This document shows, piece by piece, positions 19,425-28,159 of a stretch of 64,000 nucleotides of DNA. The notes under the pieces were generated by a model that was not told the origin of the DNA, did no database searches, and saw nothing but the letters and a program-made list of their open reading frames with translations. The DNA comes from an uncultured Chloroflexia bacterium. Lineage in GTDB: Bacteria; Chloroflexota; Dehalococcoidia; UBA2979. Every line of letters starts with the position of its first letter. The first letter of the stretch is position 1. The stretch is from the NCBI GenBank assembly GCA_963728205.1, contig CAVSIV010000006.1:864001-928000 (forward strand), given 5' to 3'. The translations under genes were made by a program, and so were the position numbers.

Positions 19425-19982
19425 TCAGTCGAGCAGGTGGAGGATCTCCGCTGCCTCCTCGAGCGCGGAGACGACGCGCAGCGCGTCCCACACGTCGGCG
19501 CCGCGCGCGTACGCGCCGTGGCCGCGCACGACCACCACCGGCACGTCGGCGAGCGCCGCCGCGACCGGCTCGGCGGAGCGCTCCCACTCCGTCTCCACGA
19601 CCGGCACGCGCGGGATGAAGAGCCGCCCCTCGAGGTTGCGCGGCTCGATGGCGTCGCGGTGGAAGCCGAGCGCGATCGCGTGCACCGGGTGCGCGTGGAC
19701 GACCGCGCCGGCGTCGGGGCACGCCGCGTAGACGGCGAGGTGGATGCGCGTGTCGGACGACGGCGCCGGCGCGCCGGCGTCCCGCGCGCGACCGTCCGCG
19801 TCCACCTCCACGAGGCGCTCCCGCGTGAGCCGGCCGAGCATCGCGCCCGTGGCGCTGATCAGCGCGCCGCCGCCCGGCGCACGCACGGAGACGTTCCCCC
19901 CGTGCGACGTCACGAGCCGCGCGGTCCACAGGTCGCGCCCGACCGCAACGAGGTTCTCCCAGTCGAGCATGGCGTCTGGCAT
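19425..19982 (-). CDS. Class II aldolase/adducin family protein (fuculose-phosphate aldolase-like)
   Basis: GGNVSVR, PSSD..IH, VVHAHP, RGHG. Confidence 0.9.
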   Translation of the reverse strand: MPDAMLDWENLVAVGRDLWTARLVTSHGGNVSVRAPGGGALISATGAMLGRLTRERLVEVDADGRARDAGAPAPSSDTRIHLAVYAACPDAGAVVHAHPVHAIALGFHRDAIEPRNLEGRLFIPRVPVVETEWERSAEPVAAALADVPVVVVRGHGAYARGADVWDALRVVSALEEAAEILHLLD

Positions 19983-20003
19983 CGGAGCCTCCGTCGCAAC
20001 CCC

Positions 20004-20101
20004 CCACAGCGGCGGCAAATATGCCGCCGACCGGTGCGCGGCGTCGGCCGCGCGGGCAGGAAGCCCGCGTGCTGTCGGCGGCATGTCTGCCGCCGCCGTG
20101 G
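20004..20101. repeat. REP-doublet (REPIN-like) element, copy 2
   Basis: CCACAGCGGCGGCAAATATGCCGCCGAC ... GTCGGCGGCATGTCTGCCGCCGCCGTGG with about 42-nt spacer; intergenic. Confidence 0.85.
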
Positions 20102-20105
20102 GCCG

Positions 20106-20879
20106 CTAGAACCCGCCGCCGTTCACGGTCAGCCGCTGGTTTGTCACGTAGCGCCCGCTGTCGCCGACGAAGTACAGCACCGCGTTCGCGATGTCCTCCG
20201 GCTGGCACACGTGTCCGAATGGCATGTTGGCGTCGAGCTCGCGCATGTCCTTGATGCCCCGCGTCGCGCGGGCCAGCCGGAAGCCCATGTCGCTCTCGAC
20301 GAGCCCCGGCGCGACGACGTTCACGCGGATGCCGTGCTTGCGCTCTTCCTTCGCCAGCGTGTAGGCCACCGCCTCCATGCCGGCCTTCCCCATGTTGTAC
20401 GGCGCCCCGCGCGCCCCGAACGACTGCGCCGCGCCCGACGAGATCATCACGACGTCGCCGCGCTCCAGCTCGCGCATCTGCGGCACGAGCAGCTTCGACA
20501 CGTAGAACGCGCCGTAGGTGTGCGTCGCGATCACGCGCTCGAGCTCGGCCGGGTCGGTGTCGACCACGGAGTTGCCGCGCGACGCGATCCCCGCGTTGTT
20601 CACGAGGATGCCGACTGAGCCGAAGTCGGCGAGCACGCGCTGCGTCATCGCCTCGACCTGCGCGTAGTCGGAGACGTCCGCCTGGTAGACCTCGGCGCGA
20701 CGGCCGAGCGCGCGCACCTGCTCCGCCGTCTCGTTTGCGGCGTCCGGCGTGCGCGTGTAGTTGATCGCGACGTCGGCGCCGGCGCGCGCCAGCGCGAGCG
20801 ACGATGCCCCGGCCGATGCCGCGCCCGCCGCCGGTGACGAGGGCGTTGCGGCCGCTGAGAGGTCGATGGTGACGGCCAT
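20106..20879 (-). CDS. SDR family oxidoreductase (FabG-like); N-terminal Rossmann motif displaced by compensating indels
   Basis: LVNNAG, YNMGK, VNVVAPG; GRNALVTGGGRGIG lies in another frame between about 20858 and 20802. Confidence 0.85.
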   Translation of the reverse strand: MAVTIDLSAAATPSSPAAGAASAGASSLALARAGADVAINYTRTPDAANETAEQVRALGRRAEVYQADVSDYAQVEAMTQRVLADFGSVGILVNNAGIASRGNSVVDTDPAELERVIATHTYGAFYVSKLLVPQMRELERGDVVMISSGAAQSFGARGAPYNMGKAGMEAVAYTLAKEERKHGIRVNVVAPGLVESDMGFRLARATRGIKDMRELDANMPFGHVCQPEDIANAVLYFVGDSGRYVTNQRLTVNGGGF

Positions 20880-20881
20880 CG

Positions 20882-21652
20882 CTAGAACCCTCCGCCGCTG
20901 ACGGTGATGCGCTGGTTGGTGATGTAGCGGGCCTCGTCGCTCGCCAGGAAGACGACGGCGTTCGCGATGTCGGCAGGCTGGCAGAGGAAGCCGAACGGCT
21001 GGCTCGCCTCGAGCTCGTGGATGTCCTGCACGCCGCGCGTGAACTTCACGAGCGCCTCGCCCATGTCGGTCTCGACGAGCCCCGGCGCCACGACGTTGAC
21101 GTGGATGCCGTGCTGCCGCTCCTCCTTCGCCAGCGTGTACGCCAGCGCCTCCATCGCCGACTTGGCGGCGCTGTACGTGCCGCCCGTCGGCCCGAAGCTC
21201 TGCGCGCCCACCGACGAGATCATCACGACGTCGCCGCGGGGCCGCTCGCGCATCTGCGGGACGAGGAGCTGGCACATGTGGAACGACCCGATGGCGTGGG
21301 TCTCCATCAGCCAGCGGAAGTCCTCGGGCTTCGTGTCGGCGATGAACGGCCGGCCGATGGCGGTCGCGCCGACGCCCGCGTTGTTCACGAGGATGTCGAC
21401 GTAGCCGAACTCGTCGAGCGCGCGCTGCGTCATTGCCTCGCACTGCGCGCGGTCGGCGACGTCGCCCTGCACGGCGAGCGCGCGGCGGCCGAGGCCGCGC
21501 ACGGCGGCCGCCACCTCGTCGGCGGCGGCGGAGTTCTTCGCGTAGTTGATGGCGACGTCGGCGCCGGCTTCGGCGAGCTTGAGGCAGATGCCGCGGCCGA
21601 TGCCGCGCCCGCCGCCGGTCACGAACGCGACGCGCCCCTCCAGGCTGGGCAT
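20882..21652 (-). CDS. SDR family oxidoreductase (FabG-like)
   Basis: VTGGGRGIG, LVNNAG, YSAAK, VNVVAPG. Confidence 0.92.
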   Translation of the reverse strand: MPSLEGRVAFVTGGGRGIGRGICLKLAEAGADVAINYAKNSAAADEVAAAVRGLGRRALAVQGDVADRAQCEAMTQRALDEFGYVDILVNNAGVGATAIGRPFIADTKPEDFRWLMETHAIGSFHMCQLLVPQMRERPRGDVVMISSVGAQSFGPTGGTYSAAKSAMEALAYTLAKEERQHGIHVNVVAPGLVETDMGEALVKFTRGVQDIHELEASQPFGFLCQPADIANAVVFLASDEARYITNQRITVSGGGF

Positions 21653-21771
21653 GTGCTGTCGTCCCTCCCCGTGGGATGACCGGCGGTGCCGGCCCGCTTC
21701 CCGGCGCGGAGTCTAGGGGCGCGCCCGGGGGCCGTCGAACGGATGCGGAACGGGACCGGGTGAACGCCGGA

Positions 21772-21965
21772 TGGCGGGCGACGCCGGCGCCGGACGGCTG
21801 GCGCGCCGGCGCTGGACGGCAGACGCGCCGGCGCCGGACGGTGGGCGATGCCAGCGCCGGACCGCTGGCGACGCCAGCGCCGGACGGCTGGCGCGCCGGC
21901 GCCGGACGACGGGCGATGCCAGCGCCGGACCGCTGGCGACGCCAGCGCCGGACGGCCGGCGCGCC
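21772..21965. repeat. Intergenic imperfect tandem repeat (about 20-22-nt units GCGAYGCCRGCGCCGGACGGCTG)
   Basis: About 9 degenerate units directly preceding REPIN copy 3. Confidence 0.8.
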
Positions 21966-21969
21966 GACC

Positions 21970-22056
21970 GCGGCGGCAGACATGCCGCCGACAGGTGCGC
22001 GCCAGCCGCGCGGCTGGCGCCGCAATCTGTCGGCGGCATGTCTGCCGCCGCTGTGG
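21970..22056. repeat. REP-doublet (REPIN-like) element, copy 3
   Basis: GCGGCGGCAGACATGCCGCCGACAG ... CTGTCGGCGGCATGTCTGCCGCCGCTGTGG with internal hairpin GCGCCAGCCG-cg-CGGCTGGCGC. Confidence 0.85.
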
Positions 22057-22073
22057 GCCGAGGGGCACACCGG

Positions 22074-22778
22074 TCAGCGATCCAGCGTGATGCGATCGGA
22101 GCGGCCGTCCGCGCGTGCGTAGCACTCGCACGCCGCCGCCTCCAGCCCGGCGCGGTCGCAGACCGTGACCACGCCGCGCGAGTGCGCAATCAGTCCCATC
22201 TGCGAGAGCGCGTTCACCGTGATCGAGATCGTGGGACGGTGCGTGCCGACCATGTCGGCGAGGTCCTGCTGGGTGAGCGGAAACGAGTCCTCGGCCGACC
22301 GATCCTGCAGCCCGAGCAGCCAGCGCGCCGTCCGCTCGCGCACCGAGTGGAAGCGGCTGCACAGCGCCGACTGCGCGAGCTGCGCGACGATGGCGCCGGC
22401 GTAGACGTGCACGAGGGAGAGCAGCGGGGCATTCCCGGCGGCACGCGCGCGGAAGCGATCCGCGCCCATCACGAGCGCGGAGCCCCCCAGCAGCACGGTC
22501 GCATGCCATGGCGCGCCACGCTCGCTGAAGATCGTTGTCGGATCGATCATCCCCTCGTGCCCGACGATGGTCGCCTGCACGCTGCTGCCTTCGCGACTCT
22601 CGGGGGTCAGCGAGATGGCGCCGGCAAGAGGGAACCAGACCGAGGACGCCACCTCGCCCTGTGCGACGAGCACCTGCCCCGCATCGAGCGGCCGTTCCAC
22701 AAGCTCGGAGGCGAGCGCCTCGAGCGTCGCGCGGGGAAGCCTGGCGAGCAGCCGATTCTTCCCGAGCGCATCGTCCAC
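22074..22778 (-). CDS. Crp/Fnr family transcriptional regulator
   Basis: NRLLA.LP, VGHEG, QSALC.RFHSV.ER.ARWLL, LTQQDLADMVG.HRPTI HTH; GGAGGT SD. Confidence 0.92.
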   Translation of the reverse strand: MDDALGKNRLLARLPRATLEALASELVERPLDAGQVLVAQGEVASSVWFPLAGAISLTPESREGSSVQATIVGHEGMIDPTTIFSERGAPWHATVLLGGSALVMGADRFRARAAGNAPLLSLVHVYAGAIVAQLAQSALCSRFHSVRERTARWLLGLQDRSAEDSFPLTQQDLADMVGTHRPTISITVNALSQMGLIAHSRGVVTVCDRAGLEAAACECYARADGRSDRITLDR

Positions 22779-23105
22779 GAGACCTCCCGACCGTGCCAAA
22801 CGCGTTGGTCGAACGTCGAGCAAGCGCCCTGCCCGCGGGATGCGAGACCCCGTCGTCGCGGACTACGCAGGGCGAGTTGTGGCGACACTATGAATCGCCT
22901 GCGTCGCTGTCGGTCAGCAATCAAACACTTGCGCAGAGCGCGTCCCCAAACGGGCTCGCGCGAGCGGCCACACGCGCGCTGTGGCGGCCGTTGGAGGTCG
23001 GTCCAATCGACGTCCGCACGTCCCCGCCGGGGGCGCGGCGCATCGGCCCGGCGCACGGCGGCGCACACGGCCGCTCGCGCGGAGACCAGGAGGGGGCGTC
23101 GCGGC

Positions 23106-24317
23106 CTAGTCGAGGGCCGCCGTGCGCGGAGTGGGCGCCACGCCGCGCACCTCGGGGCGTCCCCGCGTCATCCAGAGGAAGGTCGGCGTCCCGAGCAGCA
23201 GCACGACCGCGCCGAAGTAGAAGGCGGCCGTCGGCGCGCCGAACACCCCGACCACCAATCCTCCCGCCACGGAGCCGATGAGCACGCCCACGCCGTTGCC
23301 CGCGGCGCCGAGCCCCAGCACGGTGCCCATCCCCACGCGCCGCCCCACGGCAACCTGCATCGCGCCGGCACCGACCAGCGCCGCGCTGGACCCGAGCCCG
23401 ACGCCGAACAGCAGCACGAAGATCAGCGCCAGGTGCGACACGACGCCGAGCAGGAAGAGCGTCACCGCGGAGAACAGCAGCCCGAAGATGACCACGCCCC
23501 GGCGGCTGCTCGCGTCGGCGAGGTAGCCGGCCACCGGCTGCGCGAACGCGCTCGCGACGCTCTCCATCGAGAACGCCACGCCGATCAGCAGCGGGTCGAC
23601 GCCGAGGTTCTCGAGCCGCACGCCCAGGAAGCTCAGCGTCGCGCCGAACGTGAGCGAGCTGAGCGCCATGAGGAACGTCAGCGCGAGCACCATGCGATCG
23701 CCCAGCGCGCGCATCGATGCCATGCCGCCGCCCGCGCGCCCGACGATGCCACCGGCGCGCTCCGCCGCGCTGTGGCGCGGCAGCAGCAGCGCGACGATCA
23801 CCGCCGCCGATCCCATCAGCAGGGCCATCCCCACGAAGACGCTGGAGAACCCGAACGCCTGCCGGATGGCGCCGGCGAAGATTGGACCGGTGCCGTAGCC
23901 CAGGACGTCGGCCGTCGCGAAGACGCCGAACCAGCGACCCTCGCGACCCTCGGGCACGATGTCGCCGATGTACGCGCGGGCGACGGCGAAGATCAGGCTG
24001 GTGCCGCAGCCGCTGAGCAGGCGGAAGGCGAGCACCTGCGCGAGCGACGTCGCGGTGAGGTAGCCGAACGCCGCGACGAAGTACGCGAGCAGCCCGAGGA
24101 CGATGAAGGGCTTCCGGCCGTAGCGGTCGGACCAGCCGCCGGCGAACGGCGAGACCGCCGTCTGGCTGACCGCGAAGATCGAGAACGTCAGGCCGATCCA
24201 GATGCCGCTCGCGCCGAGGTCCTTCGCGTAGACCGGCAGCAGGGGGCTGACCATGGAGATGCCCATGTTCGCGACGAGATCGGCCAGGAAGAGAACGACG
24301 AACGGTCGCGAGCGCAT
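23106..24317 (-). CDS. MFS transporter (DHA1-like)
   Basis: 12 TMs; G.WSDRYGRK motif A; leaderless TAGCGT-N6-ATG. Confidence 0.92.
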   Translation of the reverse strand: MRSRPFVVLFLADLVANMGISMVSPLLPVYAKDLGASGIWIGLTFSIFAVSQTAVSPFAGGWSDRYGRKPFIVLGLLAYFVAAFGYLTATSLAQVLAFRLLSGCGTSLIFAVARAYIGDIVPEGREGRWFGVFATADVLGYGTGPIFAGAIRQAFGFSSVFVGMALLMGSAAVIVALLLPRHSAAERAGGIVGRAGGGMASMRALGDRMVLALTFLMALSSLTFGATLSFLGVRLENLGVDPLLIGVAFSMESVASAFAQPVAGYLADASSRRGVVIFGLLFSAVTLFLLGVVSHLALIFVLLFGVGLGSSAALVGAGAMQVAVGRRVGMGTVLGLGAAGNGVGVLIGSVAGGLVVGVFGAPTAAFYFGAVVLLLGTPTFLWMTRGRPEVRGVAPTPRTAALD

Positions 24318-24392
24318 CGGGCCACGCTAGCATCGGATCGCGTCAGGGCCGACCGGTGGAACGCGGCGGCCACCACGAGCGTTGAGATCCGC

Positions 24393-25034
24393 ATGAGACG
24401 CCTGCGACCGAACCTGTTGGCGGGCCTCGCGGCCCTCGCAGGCGCGTGCCTGCTCGCGGCGTGCGCGAGCGGCGCGGGCGGGTCGGCGACGCCGGCCGGC
24501 CGGGCAACAGCGGGCGCGACGGGCACGACGATCCCCAGCGCGACGCCGGCGCCGTCTGTCGTGGCGACGGCGTCGGGCGGCGGCAGCGCGACCGCCGTGA
24601 GCGCGACGGCGCTGCCCGGCCGCACCGTCACGCCGCAGCCGCCGGGTACGACAGCGACGCCCGCGCCCACGCCCACGCTCCCGCCCGTCACGCCGACACC
24701 GCTGGCGACGCCGACACCGCCCGCGACCGGCGCCGGCGTCTACGGGCTGATCACGGTGGGGCCGACCTGCCCGGTCGAGCGCGCCGACCAGCCGTGCCCC
24801 CCGCGCGCCTACGACGGCACGCTGTCGTTCCAGGACGCGTCGGGGCACGAGGCCGCGCGCGTGACCGCGGGGTCCGACGGGCAGTACGCGGTGAAGCTCG
24901 CCGCCGGCACGTACCACGTCGTCCCGATGACGACGGGCGGCGGCATGCTGCCGCATGGCAACCCCACGGACGTCACGGTGACGAGCGGCCAGTGGACGCG
25001 ACTCGACGTCATCTACGACAGCGGAATCCGGTAG
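24393..25034 (+). CDS. Lipoprotein with Thr/Pro-rich linker and carboxypeptidase-regulatory-like beta domain
   Basis: Lipobox LLAAC; G.ITVGPTCPVE...PC, DG.Y.V.L..G.Y, YDSGIR C-terminus. Confidence 0.8.
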   Translation: MRRLRPNLLAGLAALAGACLLAACASGAGGSATPAGRATAGATGTTIPSATPAPSVVATASGGGSATAVSATALPGRTVTPQPPGTTATPAPTPTLPPVTPTPLATPTPPATGAGVYGLITVGPTCPVERADQPCPPRAYDGTLSFQDASGHEAARVTAGSDGQYAVKLAAGTYHVVPMTTGGGMLPHGNPTDVTVTSGQWTRLDVIYDSGIR

Positions 25035-25119
25035 CGAGCGCCCCCGTGCCGCGCCCCGCGGCGAGCCGCCGGCAGCCTCGGCGGCTTTCCGATCGGAACA
25101 CCGCCACCGCCCGCCGGGC

Positions 25120-25752
25120 CTACCGGCCCGCGACGAACGCGACCGTCTCGGCGATCGCCTCCGCCAGGTTCTCGGCCTCGGTGCGGCCCGACGCCTTGCG
25201 CGGCTTCAGCGAGTGGTCGCCGTCGGGCAGCCAGTGCACGCGAATGGCGGGCGACAACTCGTAGCCCGCGACTTCCCCGCGCGCGCCCATCGGGTCGCGC
25301 TCACCCTGCAGGATGAGCGCCGGCGTGCGGAGGTGCTCGAGGTGAGCCGTGCGCAGCACGCGCGGCCGGCCGGCGGGATGGAATGGGTAGCCGAGGCACA
25401 CGAGACCGTCGACGCCGGCCTCGTCGGCGACCATCGACGCGATGCGCCCGCCCATCGACTTCCCACCGATCACGAGCACTCCGCCGGCGGCGGGGCGCGC
25501 CGCGGCGATGGCCGCGCGATAGGCGTCGAGCAGCACCGGCTGACGGTCGGGCGCCCCGCCACGGCCGGTCGTCCGGCGCGCCGCCATGTACGGGAACTCG
25601 AAGCGCACGACCCGGATGCCGGCCTCCCCCACGCCGCGCGCGACCGTCGTCATGAAGGGGTGGTCCATCGGCGCGCCGGCGCCGTGCGCGCAGAGGAAGA
25701 GGCGCGGCGCGTCCGCGGGGCCGTCGACGAGGAACCGGGGCGCGTCCGCCAT
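25120..25752 (-). CDS. Alpha/beta hydrolase (KANL3/Tex30, Abhydrolase_11 family)
   Basis: AHGAGAPMD, GGKSMGGR, LGYPFHP, QGERD, DGDHSL. Confidence 0.92.
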   Translation of the reverse strand: MADAPRFLVDGPADAPRLFLCAHGAGAPMDHPFMTTVARGVGEAGIRVVRFEFPYMAARRTTGRGGAPDRQPVLLDAYRAAIAAARPAAGGVLVIGGKSMGGRIASMVADEAGVDGLVCLGYPFHPAGRPRVLRTAHLEHLRTPALILQGERDPMGARGEVAGYELSPAIRVHWLPDGDHSLKPRKASGRTEAENLAEAIAETVAFVAGR

Positions 25753-26909
25753 CAGGTCACCTCCGCCGCGTGCCGCGCGACCAGGCGCGCCGCCGCCGCC
25801 GCCACGAGCTCCGGCGCGCGGCGCATCGCCTCCGCCTCGTCGAGCGCGCCGTCCGCGTCGACCAGGGACTCCGTATCGACGATGTCCGCCGGCACGCCGT
25901 CGACGCGCCCGGCCACGGCCATGCACGGCCGGCCGGCGGCGTGCGCGATCGCCGCGACGCTCGCGACCGTCTTGCCGAAGCCCGTCTGCGCGTCGAGCCG
26001 GCCCTCGCCCGTCACGACGAGGTCGGCGGCGACGACGGCGGCCCGCAGCCCGACGGCGTCGCCGACGAGCGCCGCGCCCGACTCGATCGACGCGCTCCCG
26101 CCGGCGGCGCGCGCCGCGGCGAGCAGCCCCACCGGCAGCCCGCCACCCGCGCCCGCGCCCGCCAGCCCGCGCACGTCGAGGTCGAGCGTCGCCGCGAGCA
26201 CCTCGGCCCATCGCGCGAGCGCCTGCTCGAGCGCCGGCGCCATCCAGTCGGCGACGCCCTTCTGCGGGCCGTAGATCGCGGTCGCGCCCGTCGCGCCGAG
26301 CAGCGGGTTGGTGACGTCGACCGCGACGCGCAGCGCGACGTCGCGCAGCGCCGGCTCGACGCCGCTCGCGTCGACCCGCGCGAGCCGCACGAGCGCCAGG
26401 CCGCCCGGCGGCAGCGGGTCGTCGTTGGCGTCGAGCAGCCGCAGCCCGAGCGCGCGCGCCGCGCCGGAGCCGCCGTCGTTCGTCCCGGTCCCGCCGACGC
26501 CGACGACGATCCGTCGCGCGCCGCGCCGCAGCGCGTCGCGCAGCTGGTCGCCCACGCCCTCGGTGGAGGCGAGCGCCGGGCGGCGCTCGGCCGCCGGCAG
26601 CAGGACGAGCCCCGCGGTCGCCGCCGCCTCGATCACGGCCGCCGGCGGGTCGCCGGCGAGGAGCGCGTACGCGGCGTCCTCGACCGGCGCGCCGAGCGGG
26701 CCGCGCGCCGCCGCGCGCACGAGCGTCGCGCCCGACGCCTGCGCCACGATCGCGGCGGTGCCGGGCCCACCATCGGCGAGCGGCAGCTCGCGCACGTCGG
26801 CGCCGGGCAGCGCGCGACGCACCCCGTCGGCGATGGCGCGCGCGGCCGCGACCGCCGTCAGCGACCCTTTGAACTCCTGCGGACAGACGAGGACGCGCGG
26901 CGCGGACAT
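25752..26909 (-). CDS. glxK: Glycerate kinase (GarK/GlxK family)
   Basis: FKGSLTA, PLADGG.GT, TNDGG.G, DVTNPL.G..GA..IYGPQKG, GAGAGGG, TGEGRLD.QT..GK. Confidence 0.92.
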   Translation of the reverse strand: MSAPRVLVCPQEFKGSLTAVAAARAIADGVRRALPGADVRELPLADGGPGTAAIVAQASGATLVRAAARGPLGAPVEDAAYALLAGDPPAAVIEAAATAGLVLLPAAERRPALASTEGVGDQLRDALRRGARRIVVGVGGTGTNDGGSGAARALGLRLLDANDDPLPPGGLALVRLARVDASGVEPALRDVALRVAVDVTNPLLGATGATAIYGPQKGVADWMAPALEQALARWAEVLAATLDLDVRGLAGAGAGGGLPVGLLAAARAAGGSASIESGAALVGDAVGLRAAVVAADLVVTGEGRLDAQTGFGKTVASVAAIAHAAGRPCMAVAGRVDGVPADIVDTESLVDADGALDEAEAMRRAPELVAAAAARLVARHAAEVT

Positions 26910-26922
26910 CCGCCGGCCGCGC

Positions 26923-27084
26923 TCAGATGCCCCAGCGCAGCCGGATGACCGCGGCGATCAGGATCGCGAGCACGTAGGCGTAGCCGACGACGCGCAGCTT
27001 GCGTCCGAAGCGCCCGACCCACCTCGGACGGAACAGGTAGTAATAGGCACCGAACACGATGCCGAGCAGGATCAGCGGGAGCAT
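26923..27084 (-). CDS. 53-aa two-TM membrane microprotein (absent from ORF track)
   Basis: GGAGG SD; MLPLILLGIVFGAYYYLFRPRWVGRFGRKLRVVGYAYVLAILIAAVIRLRWGI*. Confidence 0.7.
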   Translation of the reverse strand: MLPLILLGIVFGAYYYLFRPRWVGRFGRKLRVVGYAYVLAILIAAVIRLRWGI

Positions 27085-27126
27085 GGACCCCTCCACGCCC
27101 CATCGTAAACGACCGCCGCCGCAGGG

Positions 27127-27180
27127 TTGACTCGAACACCCGTTCTGATTATCGTGAGCACCTACTCGAACGCCCGTTCG
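27127..27180 (+). promoter_or_regulatory. Sigma-A promoter with two LexA (SOS/Cheo) boxes
   Basis: TTGACT(27127)-17 nt-TATCGT(27150); CGAACACCCGTTC (27133-27145) in spacer and CGAACGCCCGTTCG (27167-27180) downstream, both GAAC-N4-GTTC. Confidence 0.8.
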
Positions 27181-27200
27181 GATTCCACGGGAGCCGTGCC

Positions 27201-27407
27201 ATGCCGCTCATTGCACCCCTTCGCCCCGCCGCCCCTCCGGTGGCGCCCGCAGTTGCGACGCCCGCGCCGAGCGCCGTCGCGCCCGCCGCGCCGCGGTTGC
27301 GTCGCATGCTCGCGGTCGGCCCGCGTTGCCCGGACTGCGGCGGGCCGCTGGCGTACGGCGAAGGCTGCCGGCTCTGCCCGGTCTGCGGTCACTCCTCGTG
27401 CGCCTGA
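27201..27407 (+). CDS. Stand-alone zinc-ribbon microprotein resembling the C-terminus of class II ribonucleotide reductase
   Basis: CPDCGGPLAYGEGCRLCPVCGHSSCA preceded by a Pro/Ala-rich stretch; follows LexA-boxed promoter. Confidence 0.7.
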   Translation: MPLIAPLRPAAPPVAPAVATPAPSAVAPAAPRLRRMLAVGPRCPDCGGPLAYGEGCRLCPVCGHSSCA

Positions 27408-27411
27408 TCGG

Positions 27412-28140
27412 CTAGCGCACGCCGAGCAGCGCGGGCAGCTCCTCGAGCGACGCGATTCGTGCGTCGACCGCGTGGGGCAGACCGAAGAACCCATCGCCGC
27501 GGTCGAGCCAGACCGCCGCCATGCCCGCGCCGCGCGCGCCGACGACGTCGTGCTCGGGGTTGTCGCCGACGTAGAGCGCCGTCTCCGGGCGCCCACCGAC
27601 GGCCTCGAGCGCGAGCGCGAAGATCGCCGGGTCGGGCTTGCGCAGGTCGACCTCCTCGGAGACAACGACCGCGTCGACCCGCGTCGCGATCCCGAGCGCG
27701 TCCAGCTTCCGGTGCTGGTCGCGGGCGAGGCCGTTGCTGATGACCGCGAGGCGCAGTCGGCCGGCCAGCCGCTCGAGCGCCGGCAGCGCGTCCGGGTAGA
27801 GCCGTGCGCGGTCGACCGAGATCGCGATGTAGCGATCGGCGATCGCCTCGGCGGCATGCGCATGCCCGGCGCTGCGATCCGCGACGAGGCGGCGGAAGCC
27901 TTCGCGGACGAAGTCGTCGCTCCACTCACCGCCGCCGGCGCGCACCTGCGCGTCGTGCATGTAGCGGCGCACGTAGTCGTCGTACACGAGCCGGCTGTTG
28001 CCGAGCCGCGCCAGCGCCGGCGCGATCTCGAGCAGCGACGGCCACACGGCGGCGAAGCCGGCGTGCCAGCCGCTCAGCGTGTCGACCAGGGTGCCGTCGA
28101 GGTCGAGACAGACCGTCTCGACGTACGCGAACGGCGCGCC
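27412..28140 (-). CDS. HAD-family hydrolase (start codon not identifiable)
   Basis: DLDGTLVD (upstream of first in-frame GTG at 28047), ISNG, KPDPAIF, YVGDNPEHDV.GA. Confidence 0.8.
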   Translation of the reverse strand, partial: GAPFAYVETVCLDLDGTLVDTLSGWHAGFAAVWPSLLEIAPALARLGNSRLVYDDYVRRYMHDAQVRAGGGEWSDDFVREGFRRLVADRSAGHAHAAEAIADRYIAISVDRARLYPDALPALERLAGRLRLAVISNGLARDQHRKLDALGIATRVDAVVVSEEVDLRKPDPAIFALALEAVGGRPETALYVGDNPEHDVVGARGAGMAAVWLDRGDGFFGLPHAVDARIASLEELPALLGVR

Positions 28141-28159
28141 GGAGGCGCGCCCGCGGTCG

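Noticed and set aside
21772-21965. Possible CRISPR array or repeat-protein ORF (N-terminal extension of ORF 20106-22070)
   Set aside because: No spacers; the translations are low-complexity read-through, and the SDR genes have their own starts.
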